64,000 bases of DNA. Origin: the human T2T-CHM13v2.0 reference genome, Homo sapiens. Position 1 is the first letter of the stretch. Every line of letters starts with the position of its first letter. Shown here in pieces: positions 42,857 to 56,876 of this stretch. Both the position numbers and the translations under genes were made by a program. Location of the stretch: NCBI RefSeq assembly GCF_009914755.1, contig NC_060937.1; one strand, written 5' to 3'. The notes under the pieces were generated by a model. That model had not been told where the DNA came from. It worked only from the letters and a program-made list of their open reading frames with translations, and made no database searches.

Positions 42857-45237
42857 GTGAGCTGCGTCAAGGACAAGTATCATCACTGAGAACTGTCATT
42901 GAAGGCTCTCTTCATTCTACCAAGGGTGAATTGTGCTGTGAGTGCAATTCCAGCATCCAAATGAAAGAAAGACTGGCAAAGAAAAGGGGAAAATGAGGGG
43001 AAGAGTAAGGATTCTAGTGAGAGGGAAACAGAGGAAGAGAATAAGAAGGAAAAAAAGAAAAGGATCTGATGAAGAACAGGTGCCTGCAGACATGTTTTAA
43101 GGGCCCAAGACATAGAACTTACTCCCACCAAGTTCCCTGTTCTCAGGTTCCTGCCTAGTCTCAGACAGGCCACCCTGGCTTATATGATGTGAGGGAAACA
43201 CGTATTTTTCAGCAGAGGTGGGATTCAGTGTGAGACCTACTTCTTGCTAACCAGTTTCCAGCAAAGTGCATAGTGTGGGCCGTAGCTGGCCCCCCTTTCA
43301 ACAGCATGCGGCACTCACGCATTACCCAGAACAATTTTTTTACCCCCATGTTCTTATTTACCTGTTTCTCATTTATGTTATTTTGTTTTATTGTATGTAT
43401 TTCCTTAAAACACGTTAATCCTTTAATCCAGCTCTTTCTTGGAAAGAGTTGATATGGATGTTAATCAATTAATAATGATTTTCCATTGTTCCTCAATTTG
43501 CAATAGGATTTTATTATTTCCTGAAATTTACCTTTGGGTTTCTTACAAAGTGAAAATAATATTAGAAATATAAAGTCTAAAGTTCCTAAGCCTTTAAAAT
43601 AAACTACAACCCTGTAATCTGAATATGGCATGTGATTTCTAATTTTTGCTATTTAACAGAAATAAGAAAAGCTTGTTAATCAACGTTTTTCCCAACTACA
43701 TGTAATATTCCTCATAACAGTATTGGTTTTAAAATATTTTAAATATTAAGACATAATAAAGTTAACAAAGCATCTTCACAATATAATAAAATGGCACTGA
43801 AGTCATCAGGAAAAACGCTGTAAGCTAATTTAGTCTGGGAAAGGATGTTTGGTCTGCAGCCCAGACTGTTTTTAAAGAAGGTTTAAGGTTATTATTGGAG
43901 TATCCCAAAGTGCTGCAGCCCATACTTAGGAATAAATGGGAATGGTTTGTTGTGTTACTATTTGTATATATGTGTGTTTCCAGAGTGTTTGAAATGATTT
44001 GTGTTTGTAAGCAGTTTCAATATTTCCCTGATATTCTTACTCGTTCGTGTATTCATTTTGCTGCCATCATCATAGGTTGAGTGCAGTGCAAAGTACTAAG
44101 GATCCACAACAAGAAACTGACCCCAGAGAGCTCAGATCCTCATAATCATTGCATATGAGGGCACCAGGAACAGACTAACAGAAGAAGGAAGGGATGAACT
44201 CTTCTTGAGGGCTGGGAAGGGCAGGAAAGACCTTAGAAGAGGCTCATCCATTCACCAGGCATGAACAGACAGGGTGGATGGAAGAGCATATTCAAAGTTG
44301 CAGTAGTATTAGGGGGTCTCAATGGAGGGGGGAAAGATACTAAGTTTCTATTTCTATTTTAACCTCATCCTTGGTTTTGATTATTTTGTTGTTTTATAAT
44401 GAATAGTGCATGCATATCAATTATAAACTGATAAACATATATTGGGGATATTACTCAAAAGGTATTTATTGGATGAGGTGTCTAATCAAAAGTGAAGCAA
44501 CACTTTATGTAGACAGAAATCCTGAAACCTGAGTTCAGTCAGTGGCAGTGGGACTGGGGAGGAATATCCCTGAAAAAGAAGCCTCAGAGCTGAACAGCTG
44601 ATCAGTTAGGAGGGAGAGGGAGAGGAGACAAGGTGACTTAACCAGCAAAAGACCAGCAAGGTCAGAAGGTACCAGTGATTCATGGTGGACATGTTGAATC
44701 TGAGGGTTTTGTGACACAGCCTGGCAGTGACCTCCACTTGGCAATGGGAAATCAGCATCTGGGGCTTCAGAATGAGACGTCGTTGCCTTTACGTCCAGGG
44801 AGACTGTGGACCGAGAGGACAAGAGGTGGAGTGATTCAAGGGGGCAAAGAAAAGAAAGGTCACAGAGATAGGAAGAGATGCCAGATATCCTCAGAGAAGC
44901 CAATAGATGCCCAAAACAAGGCAGCGGACAGGCACGTGTGTGATTGCTGAGAGAAATGGGGCACCCAGCGGAGGCTGGAAATGTGGTTCCGTGGGCCCCT
45001 CACGCTCTGCAGCAGGGCTGGCTGTCCAGGTGTGTGCGGGCTAACTGTGCTCCTCTCAGCAGAACCAAGAAGAAATTTCAGTCCTACTTCCATGAATACA
45101 AAATTAAGACTTGGCAAACCTTGAGATCGTGATATTGTCTAGTGTAAAATGCCAAACTTTGAGATACTGTCTAGTGTAAAATAGCAACCACAGAAATGAT
45201 TTTATATCACTCTTAACTGCTGTTTCTGCTTTTCCAG

Positions 45238-45328
45238 GACTCTGATCACTGGCATGGCTTCTGGTAGCATTGTAGCTTTTAATATAGATTTTAATCGGTG
45301 GCATTATGAGCATCAGAACAGATACTGA
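45238..45328 (+). CDS. NBEA: NBEA last coding exon (RTLITGMASGSIVAFNIDFNRWHYEHQNRY*)
   Basis: ttccag|G acceptor, phase 2, TGA at 45326-45328; C-terminus recognised as neurobeachin rather than LRBA. Confidence 0.96.
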
Positions 45329-47073
45329 AGATAAAGGAAGAACCAAAAGCCAAGTTAAAGCTGAGAGCACAAGTGCTGCATGGAAAGGCAATATCTCTGG
45401 TGGAAAAAACTCGTCTACATCGACCTCCGTTTGTACATTCCATCACACCCAGCAATAGCTGTACATTGTAGTCAGCAACCATTTTACTTTGTGTGTTTTT
45501 TCACGACTGAACACCAGCTGCTATCAAGCAAGCTTATATCATGTAAATTATATGAATTAGGAGATGTTTTGGTAATTATTTCATATATTGTTGTTTATTG
45601 AGAAAAGGTTGTAGGATGTGTCACAAGAGACTTTTGACAATTCTGAGGAACCTTGTGTCCAGTTGTTACAAAGTTTAAGCTTTGAACCTAACCTGCATCC
45701 CATTTCCAGCCTCTTTTCAAGCTGAGAAAAAAAAAAAAAAACACGTTTGATACTTTGTACATCAGATGCATCTTATTTAAAAGGGATACTTTTGTAAAAG
45801 TAAAACCTTGTATAAAGAACAAAATGTTTCTTAATTTTATTGTGGAGTTACAACTTGCATGTTCCTTACTCCTGTTGGCTTGATGGAACAGGTGCATTCA
45901 CACTATGAAACAGAAAGATCTGTCCAAGGACACAGCTTGTATGAAAGGGTTGAATTTGGGCTCCATCAGTAATTTTTGACATTTTCACCAAAATATAGTT
46001 TGCACTTTTTAATCTAAAGTCATCCCTTCTGAGTGAAATTTGCTCATAAAGCATTTGGATACTAAGCCATTATTTGCCATTTTGGGTACTTTATACAAAG
46101 AAAATTCAGCCCTACCCTGCATAATTTGAAGACACAGCAGAAAGGGGGCTTAGGGATGAGGTCCTGGTTTTTCTTGTATAAATAGGAGTCATGGGCGTTA
46201 GTTCTGTAGTAATAACTTCCCAGCACCTGGACATCTCTTCCAGAGTTATCCCACTGGCTTGGTGTGTATACATTAGGGGAGGATAATCTGATGCTAACTT
46301 TTTTTTTCTCTTTGGTTCTTGAATAGCTTAGTTTCTTTAATAACAAGTCAAACTTTATTACAACAATAACTGAAGTTATTCTTTTAGGTTCTCGTGAAAT
46401 TCTCACTGAAAGCCACATTCTTAGCCTAAGGCGTTTCATCTTTTATGATATAAAATGATGGCTATCAAATGATTTTCCATACATTGTACTGATCAAGTTA
46501 TACACCCAGGGGTATATACACTTTCTTCATGTTTCTTCTTTGTATATTTGGTGACTGTATCGTCATAGATGTACATATTGTGTCGGTAGGGCTATGAGGC
46601 ATGTTACAGGAATGTAATTTTCTCAGAATTTACACCCACTCGCAGTCATTTATTTAAAAAGATAAAACAAGATAATGGGTTCTTTGTATTGGCACTTTGC
46701 ACCAGAAACATATCATTATTTATTGATGTGATTACTTATTTGTTATCCACCTTGTACTAGTAAGTTTTAGCACTGAATTCCTTCTTCACTGTTGTTTGTA
46801 TTTATGAAATTCTGAAATTATGGGGAATCAGCGTAATGATTAAGTTATTCATCACCAGGCTGTAAGCAATATCTTGAGTTTGTAGCTTAGAATTGGGAGG
46901 ATACTTAACATCTGGAAGACAAGTTCATTTCATCTTGAGATCATGGTGAAATATTTTGGATATATAAATTCCTTAAGCTATTGTAACCATGTTTTATTGC
47001 AAAGATGTAAAATATGCCAGATGTGTGTGAGTTGGAAATCAAAAAAAGAAAAATAAAATATGCAAAGAATTCA
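45329..47073 (+). other. NBEA: NBEA 3'UTR (~1.7 kb)
   Basis: No recognisable interspersed repeat, AT-rich, many TGTA motifs; I saw no AATAAA until 47052; exact cleavage site inferred. Confidence 0.85.
47052..47057 (+). terminator. Polyadenylation signal AATAAA
   Basis: First canonical hexamer after the stop; CA at ~47072-47073; TGTTT and U-rich sequence downstream, TGTA upstream. Confidence 0.85.
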
Positions 47074-47491
47074 CCGACTGTTTCAGATTTCATTGGACAT
47101 GTCACTAGCATGCTTTCATTGTGTTGTCATACAGGTTTCCGAAGTCATCATCATCTGATGTAGAGCCTACAGCATCTAAAAACATGAAATCGAGTCCTAA
47201 TGAGGTTCTGCAATTTGCTGAAACCTGAGCTGCTCTGCCGAGCCATCTGGCAGGGATCTGGGGCAACAGCGACCATGGGGAAACGGCCCTCATTGTCTAT
47301 TCTGCATAATCCACTTTGGGGATTGTCTTTATTTTATTTAAAAGGAACTAAGTAGTGAAGGTTATAATAACTCCTTTTTTGAGTGTTATCACATAATGCC
47401 TTTTTCATTTGAAACCACACCTTCTAGAACCCATCAGTGACCAGGCATGGCACAGGCAGGGACCGAGGACCTGGAGAGGCTGAGCAGCTGC

Positions 47492-47611
47492 TAGCAAGGG
47501 CAGCCACGAGTGGGCTGAGGGGGATTCGGTCACACAGATTGGCATGGGTGGTAGCAAGGGCAGCCACGAGTGGGCTGAGGGGGATTCGGTCACACAGATT
47601 GGCATGGGTGG
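47492..47611. repeat. Perfect 60-bp tandem duplication
   Basis: tagcaagggcagccacgagtgggctgagggggattcggtcacacagattggcatgggtgg x2. Confidence 0.98.
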
Positions 47612-48471
47612 TTGGGGCAGCGGCCCAGACAGGCCCAGAGAATGACAGAACTGCAGGCCGTGCTTCCATCCGCATTCCCGAGACTAAAGGGACAGACCCA
47701 ACAGTAGCCTAAGGAAGGTTTGCGCTCTTACTTTCCATCCTATCCCCAAACCAGAAATCTGTCAGTCATCTGCCCTGCTGGCTCCCTCACCCAGCCCTCC
47801 TGCCAGGCACTCCAGCCAACTGACTGATCACTACCTAAAGTGTCTTTTGAAACTGCCCCTGCCCTTTCCAGCACTGTCATCTGGACTGTCCGAAAACCTC
47901 CTGACCTCTGACCTGTCCCCTCCCATCCATGCTCCGCCCTGCTGCGAAGGCACCCATCCAGTCATCTCCCTCCCTGCCGCCCCGCGCCCCCCTAGTGCCC
48001 CCCAGCGCCCCCCAGAACCCCCCAGCACTTTGAAAAACCAATACCAATGGCTTAAAATGGTATTCTTAAACTCTGGTGGGTTGAAAATCACCTGGGGAGC
48101 TTATTTTTAAAAGCAGGATCTAGAGTCCCACCGCTCCCCCCTCCCACCCCAAGCACTTCTTGGGCACATTTTCAACAACACTGATTGGAGGGATAAATTC
48201 TAAGCTCAGTGAAGCGAAGTCCTTCAGGAACCACCCCCAGCAGCCAGCACCCCTAGTAAACCAGCCTTTTTCCAAGTTCCTGAGAACTCTCTTGCACCTG
48301 AGTCCCTAAGGCTCCTCCTGCCAGGCGGCCCCTCTCTGCCTGCACCACTCGCCTACTGCCTTGTCGCAGATTGACCTAAACCAATTTGGTCATGCACAGT
48401 CTTTTTTGGCAGGTAAAGGTAGCCCCCAAAACACCACATCTTCACTATTTCATGATGAAAACAACTTTTAG

Positions 48472-48804
<333 letters not shown>

Positions 48805-51544
48805 GGTATACTTTTAAATGAAACACATTTTAGCAAGCAGGCAAAAGAGTGCCTGCAACTCTTCTGTGAGTTTGGTGAAGTCCAGAGCTTGGCTTTTTTA
48901 CGTGATCTCAAAATCATTTTACATTTCCAAAGGTACACTTGAAGCAGATGCACTAATATTCTAGAAGTAGCATCCCATGAGCCTTGTAATGCCATCAGCA
49001 GCCTCAATCCTCCAACCCAATCATCAAGCCATCAAGCTCTGGGCACCACCCTAAGAGTATGTGCTAAAAGCCTCATTAGATTGTTAAACCCTGGTTATAG
49101 AGAGGTAGGAAAAGTTCAAATACTTTAGCCAGCATATACTGAATTTATATGTATATTTAGCATCATTAATTCCATCAACAAAAGAACATTTCTATCATCC
49201 ATTGAACTAATTTAGAAGCCAATAATTTCCCCTGCTGCAAAGCCATTTCTAGTATTTACTACCCTAACTCATAGAGCTTCCAGTTTATTCAGGATTAGGA
49301 AGCTGGATTGTTGGAATGACACCTTTCTGAAATGTATATTTCTGATCAGGGCAACTGACTATCCCTAGAACGCAGTATAAATTAACACATCACATGTCTA
49401 TACTGGATATTTTAAAGTAAATTACAACATCATAACATTCCTACTTACTCTTACAGGCTCCCCACTCTGGGATGTCTTCCCTGACCACTGGCTTAGCCTC
49501 CTCACCCCTGGTGGTGGGCCTGGCACAGCCCTGAGCAGTGCATTATTGTAACTCACATGTCTTTCCTCCATGTGGCTATGAGCTTCATGGGCAACACGAA
49601 GCTTATGTCCTTAAAGCAGTGTTGGATTCAGAGTAGATTCTCAACAAATGTGATTTGCGGAATGTATAGATAAGCAGACAGATACCACGTCCCTAAGCAA
49701 AATGACAAAGTTGGCTGGGACGGTCCAGAGCCCCCAAACTTCCCTCTTCTCATTGTCCCAGGGCCCCACAGCCTCATGTCACCCTCTCCCAGCCTGCATG
49801 ACAGTGCCCGCCAGGGAACCTCCTGCTCCAAGTACCACCTCAGTTGTGGGCCTATTCCATCAAAGTTCAGAGAATCAATTTCCAATAAGCACCCAAAGAG
49901 GGAATATTTTAAGATTTTAATTACTGCTCTTGACCCACATTCATTTAGTGGGAAGAAAAAGGAGCTGACAGATGATCTGGGGTAAGAGCTTCTGGTATTG
50001 CAGCCCATTCAAGCTGCCTAAGAACAAAATCCAATAACTGGGCTCTTCACTCTGAGAATAACTTGTTGGCTCCCTCATCAGTTAAAACAGGCACAATAGC
50101 TACGTTAAGTATTGTTTTGAGTATCAAAATACAGAGCATATACCAAGCACCTAGTAAAGCACCTGGCTCCCCGCAGAGTTCAGCAGATGGTCATTGCCTC
50201 CCACCATCTGGTGAGCATGGATTATCCTCATCTGCTCAGCATCCCTTTCCCTATTTACCTGCTATGGATCTTCCTGTGGGAAACTTCTCCTCCTCTCTTC
50301 ATCATGGGATTTAGTAGGACTGCCGGTTGTACCACCGGATCCCTGGAACTTCCTGGACTCAGGCCTGGCCAACCATGTCACCTTCATTTCTGGGACCTCG
50401 ATGATTGGTCAGGGTTAGACATGACCTGAGTTGGGCCAATGAGAACCCTTTTGAAATTTTTTATATTTTGAAGTCAGAAAGAAAAGTCTCTTTCTTCCAG
50501 AGTCACTAACCTGTCAATAAGAAATCGGGGACTACTAGCAACCCTGTTCTCTGTTGTAGAGAAGACCTGTTTGCAATAGGTAAGAATAAAGCCACGAGAA
50601 ATGAAAGAGCATGTGCACTTGTATGCCAGCCACAAGTTTCTGGGAACCTAAATTGCCCTCATATTTACAGATGTCCCAATTCTGGATGTTTGCTTTAGTC
50701 AATGACCAATAAACACTTTTCTCTCCCCCTTACATTGATCGAAGCTGTATTTAGTTTGTTTATTTATTTATTTTTAGTACTTGAGATCAAATCAAATAAC
50801 CCTTAAGAGATACAGCTCCCTGCCCCCTGCTCTCCACCCTTGCTTAGAAAAATGTAACATATTCCAAATTTGGTAGGAAACTAAGCATATTCCTAGCCTA
50901 TGTATGATGCCATAATCCCACATTTACATATAGTTCCAACATAAATGCTTTTTCCATCCATCAACACACATGGAAAAGAATGCTCTTGTCAACTTTGTTC
51001 CTAATAACCAAATATACCTGTTGAGTTTTTTAAAAATCCAGACACTGATATATGCTGTTAGGAATCAGAACGGTGGTTACTTCTGACCAGAGGTAGTGAC
51101 TGGTAAGGGCCAGAGGGGGTTTGGGGGTACTGGAATGCTATTCTGGGGTGTTGGACTCTATCTCAGAGCTACGGGTGTTACAAAGATGGGTCTGCTCTGT
51201 GAACCATCATTGAGCTGTGTAATGATGATTTTTCACTTTTCTGTGTGTATGTTACCCTTCAATAAAAAGAAGTTCACTTTTAAAAAATTTTTTGAAAAAG
51301 CACTGGCTCTTGTCACCACTCTGAATTTGTCTGCCCATCATCTGAATTTGGGACCACCATCACCATTCGTCCCTTTCTCCAGTGCTTTTTAGGTCTGCCA
51401 CCTTGGCTGCCATGTCCCAATGGGCACTTTTCTTCTGACGACAGCCTGGCCCCAGTGCTTCCTCCTCCAGGCAGCCTCCCCTCCACTGTCCAGTAGGAAC
51501 CCTGCTCTCTGTGCACAGCTTGTACACACTCCTCCTTTAGCACC

Positions 51545-51820
51545 TGTCTTAGTGTAACTATAAAAAAATACCTGAAACTGGGTAATTTATAAACAACAGA
51601 AATGTATTTCTCATGATTCTGGAGGCTGGGAAGTCCAAGATCAAGGCTAGCAGATCTGGTGTTCAGTGAGGGCTCATTATTCATAGATGACACCTTCTAT
51701 GTCCTCAAGTGGCGGAAAAGACAAACTCCTTTGGGTCGCTTTTACAAAGGCACTAATCCCATTCATGAGAGCTCCACCCTCATGTGCTAATCACCTCCTA
51801 AAAGGTCCCACCTCTTAAAA
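51545..51820 (-). mobile_element. MaLR LTR fragment (MLT1A/MST-like)
   Basis: 'tgtcttagt...ctgggtaatttataaacaacagaaat...tctggaggctgggaagtccaagatcaagg...cactaatcccattcatgag'. Confidence 0.85.
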
Positions 51821-52249
51821 AATAGCCAACTTGGAACTTGGAGTCCTGGGTCTGTGTCCCAACTCCCCTGCTGGCCAGCTCTGTGGCATTGGGAAAGTCC
51901 TCTAACCTTTCTTAGGCTTAGTTTCTTCAGATGTAAAATAGATACAATAGAATGTGGATTTCACATTATTTGCAAATCATAAGGTGCCACATAACTAAGG
52001 TTTCACTACTGAACAATGAAGCCCTCGGGCCTCAATTGGAGTTTTTATGACAGAGCCAAACCTCCCAGGAGGATCTGGGGCTCTTTTTCTATAAAATCTA
52101 TGTTCTCTGTGGGGGAGCCTGGGCCAGTGGCATAAATTTGCATTTTGGTTCAGTTTACCACCTAGTAAGAGACATTTTGTTTAATTGAGTTCTATTTTTT
52201 TTAATGTGCCTTCCCAGTCAGCACAGAAAAAAAACAGAAAGCTAGTTGA

Positions 52250-52603
<354 letters not shown>

Positions 52604-52650
52604 TGATTGTTCTTGGAGAAATGAACTGTATTCCCTGTTTGCCTCTAGAG

Positions 52651-52882
52651 CAAGCTTGGTCAACCTGTGGCCCATAGGCTGCATGTGGCCCAGGATGGCT
52701 TTTAATGCAGCCCAACACAAATTCGTAAACTTTCTTAAAACACTGTGAGATTTTTTTTTTTTTTTGCAATTGTTTTTTCAGTTCGTCAGCTATCATTAGT
52801 GTTTGTGTATTTTGGGTGTGGCCCAAGACAATTCTTCTTCTTCCAGTGTGGCCCAGGGCAGCCAAAGGATTGGACACCTCTG
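52651..52882 (-). mobile_element. MER30 hAT-Charlie MITE, apparently full length
   Basis: Matches recalled MER30 consensus end to end (caagcttg...ggcccaagacaattcttcttcttcca...attggacacctctg); flanked by ctctagag / degenerate cgtctatag. Confidence 0.88.
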
Positions 52883-53434
52883 CGTCTATAGCCAAAAACC
52901 TGGTAGGGAAAGGGGTGGTTAGAGGCTCGGATGCCACTGTACTTCCCTCCCCTCTGGTGGCAAGAACTTCCCCCAGGAATGGTTCTGAAGGCAGAGGGGC
53001 TTTTGCAGCTGGAGGCCAGGAATGTTGAGAAGGACAGACCAGAGCCGGCTCCACTCAGGCTGAGAGAGGCCTGCGGAAGAGTCAAGCTCTGCCTCCCAGG
53101 GGCAGGCCGGGTGACAGGCCACAGGCCTGAGGAGAGAAGCCTTTAGCCCAAGGTTACTGAGGGGCCACAGAGGCCAACTCATCCACTCGCCTCTATTATC
53201 CTACTGGGAAACTGATGCCCAAAGAGGTCATGATCCCTGTCCCAGGCCAACCACACAGGTGGTAGGTGGCAGGGTCCCCATCCTGCTCCCCTGCCCTAAT
53301 GAACACCCAGATCAGATAGGACAAGGCTGGAGAGGGGCTGCAGGCCCGTGAGGGGGGTGGTGGGGGAGGGGAGTTTGGGATGAGAAAGACTGTATTAGGG
53401 TCCCCCAGAGAAACAGAGCTGTAATAGAATACAT

Positions 53435-53695
53435 CTCTATCTATATGTATACATACACACACACATATAAATATATACATATATACATACACATAAATAC
53501 ATATATATACACACACATACACACACATAAATGTATACATATATACACACACATATACATATATACACACATATATACATATATACACACAAAAAATATA
53601 TACACACATACATATAAATATGTATGTAAATATACACACACACATATAAATATGTATGTACATATACACACACACATACACACATACATATAGAG
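53435..53695. repeat. Compound (TA)n/(CA)n low-complexity microsatellite
   Basis: ~260 bp of alternating purine-pyrimidine repeats. Confidence 0.97.
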
Positions 53696-53985
53696 AGATG
53701 CTTGATGAGGAACTGGTTCACACAGTTACAGAGGCTGACAGGTTTCACAGTCTGCTGGCCGGAGACCCAGGAAAGCCAGTCGTGTGGTTCCTCCTGAGCC
53801 CGAAGGCCTGAGAACCGCAGGAGCTGAAGGTGTCGATCTTAGTCCAAGCACCGGAGAAGGTGAGATGAGATACCCCAGCTCAAGCAGACAGGTGGGAGGC
53901 AAAAGGGGTGGCTCGCTCCTTCCTCCACCTTTTTGTTGGATTCAGGCCTCTGTGGAGGGGCTGATGTCTGCCCACACTTGGGAGG

Positions 53986-54271
53986 GACAGAGTCTCACTC
54001 TGTCGCACAGGCTGGAGTGCAGTGCCACAATCTCAGTTCACCATAACCTCCATCTCCCCAGTTCAAGCAATTCTCCGATTCTCCTGCCTCAGCCTCCTGA
54101 GTAGCTGGGTTTACAGGTGTGCATGACCACGTCTAGCTAATTTTTTATTTTTAGTAGAAATGGGGTTTCACCATGTGGGCCAGGCTGGTCTTGAACTCCT
54201 GACCTCAGGTGATCCATGAACCTCAACCTCCCAAAGTGCTGGGATTACAGGCATGAGCCACCACACCTGGC
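53986..54271 (-). mobile_element. AluS lacking poly(A) tail, with internal 8-bp duplication
   Basis: Begins directly at 'gacagagtctc' with no poly(T); caattctc-cgattctc at 54068-54083. Confidence 0.92.
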
Positions 54272-55417
54272 GGTGGCACCACTTTACAGAGTGCAAATCC
54301 CATGAAGAAACAGCCTCAAAGACACACCCAGAGGAAATGTTGAATCTGGGCACCCAGTGGCTGGTTAAGACAACACAGAGAATTAACCCTGCTGCAGATA
54401 CAAAGGCTCCCCCAGGGGCAGACGGGTGGGCTGCCTAGCATCCCTTGTGTCATTAGACCGCCCGTTCTCAACCCTGATCTGAGGGCCCAGGACAAAGATG
54501 CCCTTGGTCTAATGAGAAATTAGACAAATAAGGGCCATACAGCGAGCTTGTCCCGATGCCTAAATCACCCCATTGTGTTTATTCTGAGGTTATGTCTTTT
54601 GTATGTGCTGAAAGTTTCCTGTCAAATGAAATTAAGGAAACCATAGATGATCGCTATTCATGTCTTTCTTGATCAAATAAATCCAGTGTCTAGAATGTTT
54701 TTGAAATGTTACTTGTTCCTGAAATTCCAAAATCAACTTGATTAAGACCGGGCATCTGTCTTCCAGAGAAGAGAGGACTGGGAAGCCCTGGAAGAGGTAG
54801 TCCCAAGTCCCCAAACTCAGGATGCTGCGGCTAAAAGCAGCCAGGGTGGCCAAAGTCAGGGTGGGTGCAGAGCCGGGGGCATCACGCTTCTGCTGAACCC
54901 AACTAAAGTAACTCTTCCTCTGTGCCTGGGTGGTTCAACAGAGCTGAGATCTGAATGGACGTCTACTTGAGGTAGCAGGAAGCTACTGGCTTAGTTCTAC
55001 CCACAGAAACAGATTCCATCACAAACCTCCTGCAAGGGACCCCCCGCCCCAGCTGCTGTGTGTCCCTGCCCCTGGGAGTGATTACCCCAAGCTCTGGCTT
55101 TCTACCTGGGGTTGCATAGATGAAAGGAACCCCCTGTGAGTCTGTCCCAAAGTCCTTTGTGGGGCTGTGGCCAGAGGTCTTGGTGCCAGGCTAGGGCTGG
55201 AAGCTGGCAGGATGCAGAGGGAAATTCAAGGCTCCAGGCACGCACCCTTCATGATCTGAAGTGGGGCGGCGGGGGATGCCCAGGCTCAGGAGCTGGAACA
55301 TCAGGCCCAGCACACACTGGGAAGCTGGATGGACCATCTGCCAAACTCAGAGGATTTTGTCCTTGGAGACAGGGTCTTCCCTCCATCAGCTGTGCTTCTT
55401 AGAAGCAAAGAAAATCA

Positions 55418-55834
<417 letters not shown>

Positions 55835-56130
55835 CTACTTCAGGCTGTGGAGTGGACCAGAAGCCCTGGATGCCATACCCAAATGGAACAACTAGAACAT
55901 TGCATTGGATCAAATACAAAAACCAGTGTTTAAATGCATTGCTGGGTTGACACTAAAGGAGAGAGTCCTAGAGGCAAAGCACAAAGTGAGAGTAGGAAGC
56001 CTGGGTCCCCTGAAGGGAATTGTTTTGGAGACCAAAGGAGGGTGGAGTGGGGCTGGCTGCCCAGAGGCCCAGGAGCTCTCAGCAGGCAAGGGATCTAGGC
56101 GGGTGCATTTGCATCAGGAGTTTTAATAAA

Positions 56131-56276
56131 CAGACAATACCCGACCTACGATGGTTGGATTTAGAATTTTTCCACTTTATGGATGTCTGGGGTATTAAAT
56201 GTATTTTCCACTTCATGATGTTGACTTATGTTGGGTTTTTGGGGACATAGCCTCATCGAAAGAGAAAAAGCATCTG
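56131..56276. mobile_element. Internally deleted MER47-like (Tigger) MITE
   Basis: CAG...CTG termini, 'ccgacctacgatgg' and 'ggggacatagcctcatcg...gcatctg|ta'. Confidence 0.65.
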
Positions 56277-56593
56277 TATGTGTTGGTTCAGCATTTGGTT
56301 TGGTTTGGTTGTGAGTGAGGAAATCGGAGGCTGTTGCCTCCGTCAGTAGAGATGGAGTAGTCAAAATGTGAGGCCCGCGGGTGAGGATGAAGACACTCGC
56401 AAAGCACAGGCCCATGCAACAGGGATTTACACACCGCAAATCTCAAAACTGACGACGTTCAGGCATAGCAGCAGCCTTCCCTTTTGGTTAGCATGGTTGC
56501 TATTCTTCCTAGTTTGCTCTTTCGCAGGGACAGTCAAAAACAAAAAAGAAGCATAATCATCATAATAATAGTTATTATTAGTAACTCTATTGA

Positions 56594-56876
<283 letters not shown>

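Larger units (their letters stand above)
53391..54390 (-). mobile_element. MLT2-type (ERVL) solo LTR, interrupted by a microsatellite and an Alu
   Basis: 'tgtattaggg..ccagagaaacag...ggagacccaggaaagcc...gaaggcctgagaacc...gacacacccaga..aatgtt'. Confidence 0.8.

Noticed and set aside
47492-47612. Direct repeats considered as a CRISPR-like array (also 18043, 25672, 38299)
   Set aside because: Only two adjacent copies, no unique spacers, eukaryotic context
53196-53748. Y/I/C/V/M-rich ORFs on both strands
   Set aside because: Translations of the TA/CA microsatellite
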